From NCBI GenBank assembly GCA_030248215.1, contig JASANG010002537.1:124001-188000 (forward strand): a stretch of DNA of 64,000 bases. Reading direction: 5' to 3'. The stretch comes from Enoplolaimus lenunculus (lineage: Eukaryota). Each line of letters opens with the position of its first letter. Position 1 is the stretch's first letter. Below the pieces are notes generated by a model. It did no database searches. It was not told the origin of the DNA and saw only the letters and a program-made list of their open reading frames with translations. A program made the translations under genes and the position numbers. Below, in pieces: positions 61,596-64,000 of the stretch.

Positions 61596-64000
61596 TATTA
61601 ATAATAATAACAACAATAATAATTAGCTTGCCTTTGAATTTTGATTCATAGCCGCAATCAAATCCGTAATTGCAGTTATGAATTTTCGTTGAGGCGAGGA
61701 CAGCTTTCGGACAACTTTAGTTGGATGCGGTGGTGCATCCGACAGTTCCTCACAATCGTGTTCCTGGTATGAGTTTGTTGCAAACAGAGATTCAAATATA
61801 TTTAGACACAAACGACCAACGGATGGACATGGATTGAAGTTCAAGTGGAATTTGTGCTTCGTAAGAGTGACATAGCCACGAACGATATCAATTTGTTGAG
61901 AAATATCTAGCGTGTTGTTATTAGTGAACAGCTCCGTTCCGATATTCGGAAATTTGAATTTCGTACTGGTTTCTATTTCAATTTTGTTACAAAACGCTAT
62001 TTTTAGATGTGGCGGTAGCTTGTCTCTCAGCAAAACCAACAGACGATCGCGCGCAGATGCAAACTCGACTGTGCTAGATGCCAATATGTCGGAAATTAAA
62101 GATATCGGTTGAAATACAACGTGAATCACAAAAGCCCAAAGTGGACTACAAGGTTCCCATAAACGAGGACCCGTTGTAGTTTCCAGTCGCGTCAACCCAA
62201 ATTTATCCACAAAACAAGCAATCAGCTGCATTACTCGCATCACTAGCTTGACCCTTGATGTTTCAAATTGTTTCATAACAGGATAAGGAACAAAACTGTC
62301 ACTCAGATCCGCTTTAGCATTATGTTGGCTGCTCGCCAATATACTTTCAACCAAATCGGCAAAAGGTTGACGAATACAGTTTGAGGAAAACCAAAGTATT
62401 GCTTTTATCACTTTCGACCCAGCTTCTGGTTTCAGCAAGCTTTCAACATCCGATAAATCTTTCAGCATAACAAAACAATAACAATCGACTGCAGCCATTA
62501 CATCGCTCATCAAATCGCCAACCCTACGTATAATTTCTGGTGTCGATAACCCGGCATTCAACGTTTTATCTAAAAATTCATCAAAATTCTTGCAGCGAGA
62601 TATTCCTCTCCCAGAGCGAGCAGCAAGAGCCTCCTCCTGACCAGCTGATTCAAAAACATTCACCAACCATTTTTCTCCAAGTTGCTTCACTTTGCCAGCA
62701 ATGTACGCATTCACTGATGACGTTCCCTTTAAATACGGGCAAAACGCTTCCAACATCTCCATTACTTTCATTCTCATTGCAACCTCAGGTTGGCCAATCC
62801 TGCTTAGCAACCAATCTACCGTAGTAGCTAAACTAGCATTATTACAATGAAGTGGTCGTAGACGATTTGAATTATCAGCTAAAAAGACTGTTGCTTTCTT
62901 TGTAATAATACGTATTAAGTGATCTAACGCCGTGGTCAGTTCTTTCGTTGTGCCTACGGCATCACTGTCCCTGTCAGAAAGCACAAGAGCGTTTGTAAAA
63001 TCGACCAGCAACGCTAAACTATACGCATCCCAAATCACTGGCTCTTCTCGAAATTGTACATATATCGAATTGAATGTCACCGCAGCGCCCAGTCGCTTAA
63101 ACGGATTCGGATGTGCTGCATAACAAGAAATGTTACGCATTAAAGTGTGACACCGATCAGCTGCGGATACACCACGTGGAACATTGCCAGATATGACCGA
63201 GGGAGATTGTTTTATGGACCAAGACACAAACTCATTCAAACATTTTGCGCTGAAACGCCGCAATGCAACGTTCGACTCGTTCATAACTTCGGTCATTAAA
63301 AAATCGAGAAGCAATTTCGCTTCCATATTATCGACACCAACAAAACTTGTAAACCAGTGAATCATTTGAAGCACTAACGGTGCAAAAATTTGACGACCGA
63401 TCTAAAATAAAATAATTTGGTAGTCAAACAAGACAATACTGTTTCACTACGTAAACTTCATCCAATAAAAGCAAAGCTTTTAATGATATAAAATTAATTT
63501 TGCTCTTAAACAGGTTCTGCTATACGTCTTTTCATTTTCTTGATTACACCCAGTGTAATAACCCAATTTGAACAACGCGGCTCAATATGCACCCTTGTTT
63601 CTGCTACAAATACAGACACTTAACATACACCACAACAACAACAATCGAAAAGATTGCCAACACGCTGTAACGTTCTTTTATACAAAATTTCAATGCGGAC
63701 TTCCGTCTGTTACAAACTGAAAATATTCCTAAAAACCCTGTACAAAACCACCAAGAAAATGATGTTTGAATGCTAAATACTCGTTTGGCTGCACACCTGA
63801 TTCCAACTTAATAATTATTACCTCGTCCACATCACACGCCAACGTCATCAACGCTGGAAATATATGCGACAAAATCTTTGTTCGTGAACACAATTTGCTT
63901 GTAACATTTTGTACCGTTGAAGAACCAATTAAATACAACACTAGTGAATGTAGCAATTCACATGCAGACGTTTTAGTTTGCAAATCGCTCGACGACACAG
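20028..64000 (-). CDS. PRKDC: DNA-dependent protein kinase catalytic subunit (DNA-PKcs), spliced, about 56 exons in the window, 5' end outside the window
   Basis: Exons join in phase and match DNA-PKcs throughout: ACELLHSLVLY/LACDVD, LQMIHWFT, HPNPFKRLGAAVTFNSIY, YDWLTGST, VTLYREYRTGDFPDI, EVPGQYCGKRKPMPEYHVKI, VKGGEDLRQD, LGIGDRHLSN, GIDFGYAFG, PFRMTRQ, VFVKEPSVDW and the FATC end MAIDPITYARIWQGWSPWF*. The stop TGA is at 20028-20030. Confidence 0.97.
20669..21445 (+). mobile_element. DINE-1/HINE-like non-autonomous Helentron-type element with internal ~150-bp tandem subrepeats
   Basis: Subterminal inverted repeat TTGAGCGAA / TTCGCTCAA, GTCY microsatellite (GTCCGTCCGTCTGTCCG), tandem core units and a 3' hairpin GTAGTCCACTAC; no obvious TSD. 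Confidence 0.7.
22302..23056 (-). mobile_element. Internally deleted hAT transposon retaining a hATC dimerization-domain remnant
   Basis: Perfect 8-bp TSD TTCAACAT at 22294-22301 and 23057-23064. TIRs CAGTGATGTGCGG / CCGCCCATCCGTG and CCGAGA subterminal repeats. Minus-strand peptide FSLIAVLAREYLRISPTNTDCERLWSTATWLYSDLRNRI. Related fragment at ~28060-28226. Confidence 0.88.
23689..24616. mobile_element. Foldback-type element with ~220-bp near-perfect terminal inverted repeats
   Basis: 23689-23911 is the reverse complement of ~24398-24616 with few mismatches; the ends read TA|GGTAAAAGTG ... CACTTTTACC|TA. Confidence 0.88.
25272..25473 (-). CDS. PRKDC: PRKDC kinase catalytic-loop/DFG exon
   Basis: YLLGIGDRHLSNLMI...GIDFGYAFG; acceptor TTCAG, donor GTCAGT. 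Confidence 0.95.
26411..26831. mobile_element. TA-flanked MITE containing a GC-rich 24-bp minisatellite
   Basis: Perfect 18-bp TIR CAGTCACGGACAGAATTA / TAATTCTGTCCGTGACTG with TA TSD. Internal units are CCGCGACTGCGACCGCGGTTCAAA. Confidence 0.88.
28438..28658 (-). CDS. PRKDC: PRKDC kinase N-lobe exon (ATP-binding lysine region)
   Basis: ITNMASLRMPRKVTIFGSDAKSYDYLVKGGEDLRQDARIME; acceptor TTTAAG, donor GTAATT. Confidence 0.93.
29085..29465 (+). repeat. Diverged ~80-bp tandem array; reverse-complement array at ~30510-30960
   Basis: Recurring GGTTGGTAG...AAAATCTGAAGCGTAGGTTTTGTTTGGAAA units. Confidence 0.75.
30510..30960 (-). repeat. Diverged ~80-bp tandem array, inverted relative to 29085-29465
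   Basis: Recurring TTCCAAACAAAACCTATGCTTCAGATTTT...CTACCAACCCAGGGA units. Confidence 0.75.
31247..31690. repeat. Diverged ~235-bp tandem duplication spanning a PRKDC intron/exon acceptor
   Basis: TAAGATCGCGTACGTTGT and the following sequence occur at ~31256 and ~31490. Confidence 0.8.
32208..32300. repeat. (AAT)n microsatellite
   Basis: Directly visible, with two interruptions. Confidence 0.95.
34456..38830. mobile_element. ~4.4-kb degenerate TIR DNA transposon occupying most of the largest PRKDC intron
   Basis: ~135-bp diverged inverted repeats at 34456-34590 and 38697-38830 (GTAGTAATAACCCTGCAGTGGGACCCGCCGCG vs the reverse complement GTAGTAATACCCCAGCCGTGAGATCCACCGCG). A nested hAT MITE lies at 36080-36191 (TSD GTATGATG/ATATGATG). 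Confidence 0.7.
45118..45386. mobile_element. MITE with long imperfect TIRs
   Basis: ATTCACATGTGTATGTTTTGCGGCGAGAACTCG is mirrored by CGAGTTCTCGCTTCAAAAATTTTCACGTGTGAAT. Confidence 0.65.
46610..47020 (-). mobile_element. Shorter, diverged DINE-1/HINE-like copy
   Basis: Same order of hairpin, subTIR, one core unit and the TAAAACGCTT...CTCGCTCAAT end. A further fragment lies at ~53925-54020. Confidence 0.6.
47744..48690 (-). mobile_element. DINE-1/HINE-like element, longer copy with more tandem units
   Basis: Reverse-complement homolog of 20669-21445, including the hairpin GTAGTGGGACTAC, the subTIRs and the (GGAC)n tract; it abuts an (AAT)n run. Confidence 0.72.
48689..48767. repeat. (AAT)n microsatellite
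   Basis: Directly visible perfect run. Confidence 0.95.
53437..53633. repeat. Two-copy ~107-bp intronic tandem duplication
   Basis: CAACACAAAATCTAAAAATCAC...AGTCCAAC...GCGTCAA occurs twice. Confidence 0.8.
57588..57718. repeat. Compound (AAT)/(GAC)/(AAC) microsatellite
   Basis: Directly visible. Confidence 0.9.
61507..61623. repeat. Compound (AAC)n(AAT)n microsatellite next to a GC splice donor
   Basis: Directly visible. Confidence 0.9.
61632..63401 (-). CDS. PRKDC: PRKDC large internal exon (1770 bp, HEAT-repeat region)
   Basis: Acceptor TAG at 63402 is followed by IGRQIFAPLVLQMIHWFT. The frame stays open to NQNSK and ends at a GC donor (AAG|GCAAGC). Confidence 0.9.

Noticed and set aside
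61912..63123. Plus-strand ORFs overlapping the large PRKDC exon, and short ORFs overlapping the 12.7-17 kb gene
   Set aside because: They are antisense or alternate-frame shadows of real coding sequence with no recognisable motifs.
1..64000. tRNA, rRNA or snoRNA genes
   Set aside because: None is recognisable by eye; tRNAscan-SE or Infernal would be needed to exclude small intronic RNAs.

Overview
AT-rich, intron- and transposon-rich eukaryotic DNA, most likely an invertebrate animal; the taxon cannot be fixed from sequence alone. Three protein-coding loci are supported. (1) The 3' part of a spliced SCAP-like gene (last TM helix plus WD40 propeller) lies on + at 879-7028. (2) A single uninterrupted 4.3-kb ORF on + (12654/12687-16973) appears to fuse an SLC35E/TPT-like nucleotide-sugar transporter, an extra TM helix, a degenerate GT32-like domain, a possible polysaccharide-pyruvyltransferase-like segment and an intact DxD GT32 (A4GALT/A4GNT-like) glycosyltransferase. 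(3) Most of DNA-PKcs (PRKDC) lies on - from beyond 64000 to the stop at 20028; I traced about 56 exons by hand, including two GC-AG introns. Introns and intergenic DNA hold many non-autonomous DNA transposons: hAT MITEs with 8-bp TSDs, TA-flanked MITEs, GG-ended MITEs with 8-bp TSDs, DINE-1/HINE-like elements, a foldback element and a 4.4-kb TIR element. The most notable item is the intronless transporter-glycosyltransferase fusion. All family assignments come from motif recognition by eye, not from database searches.
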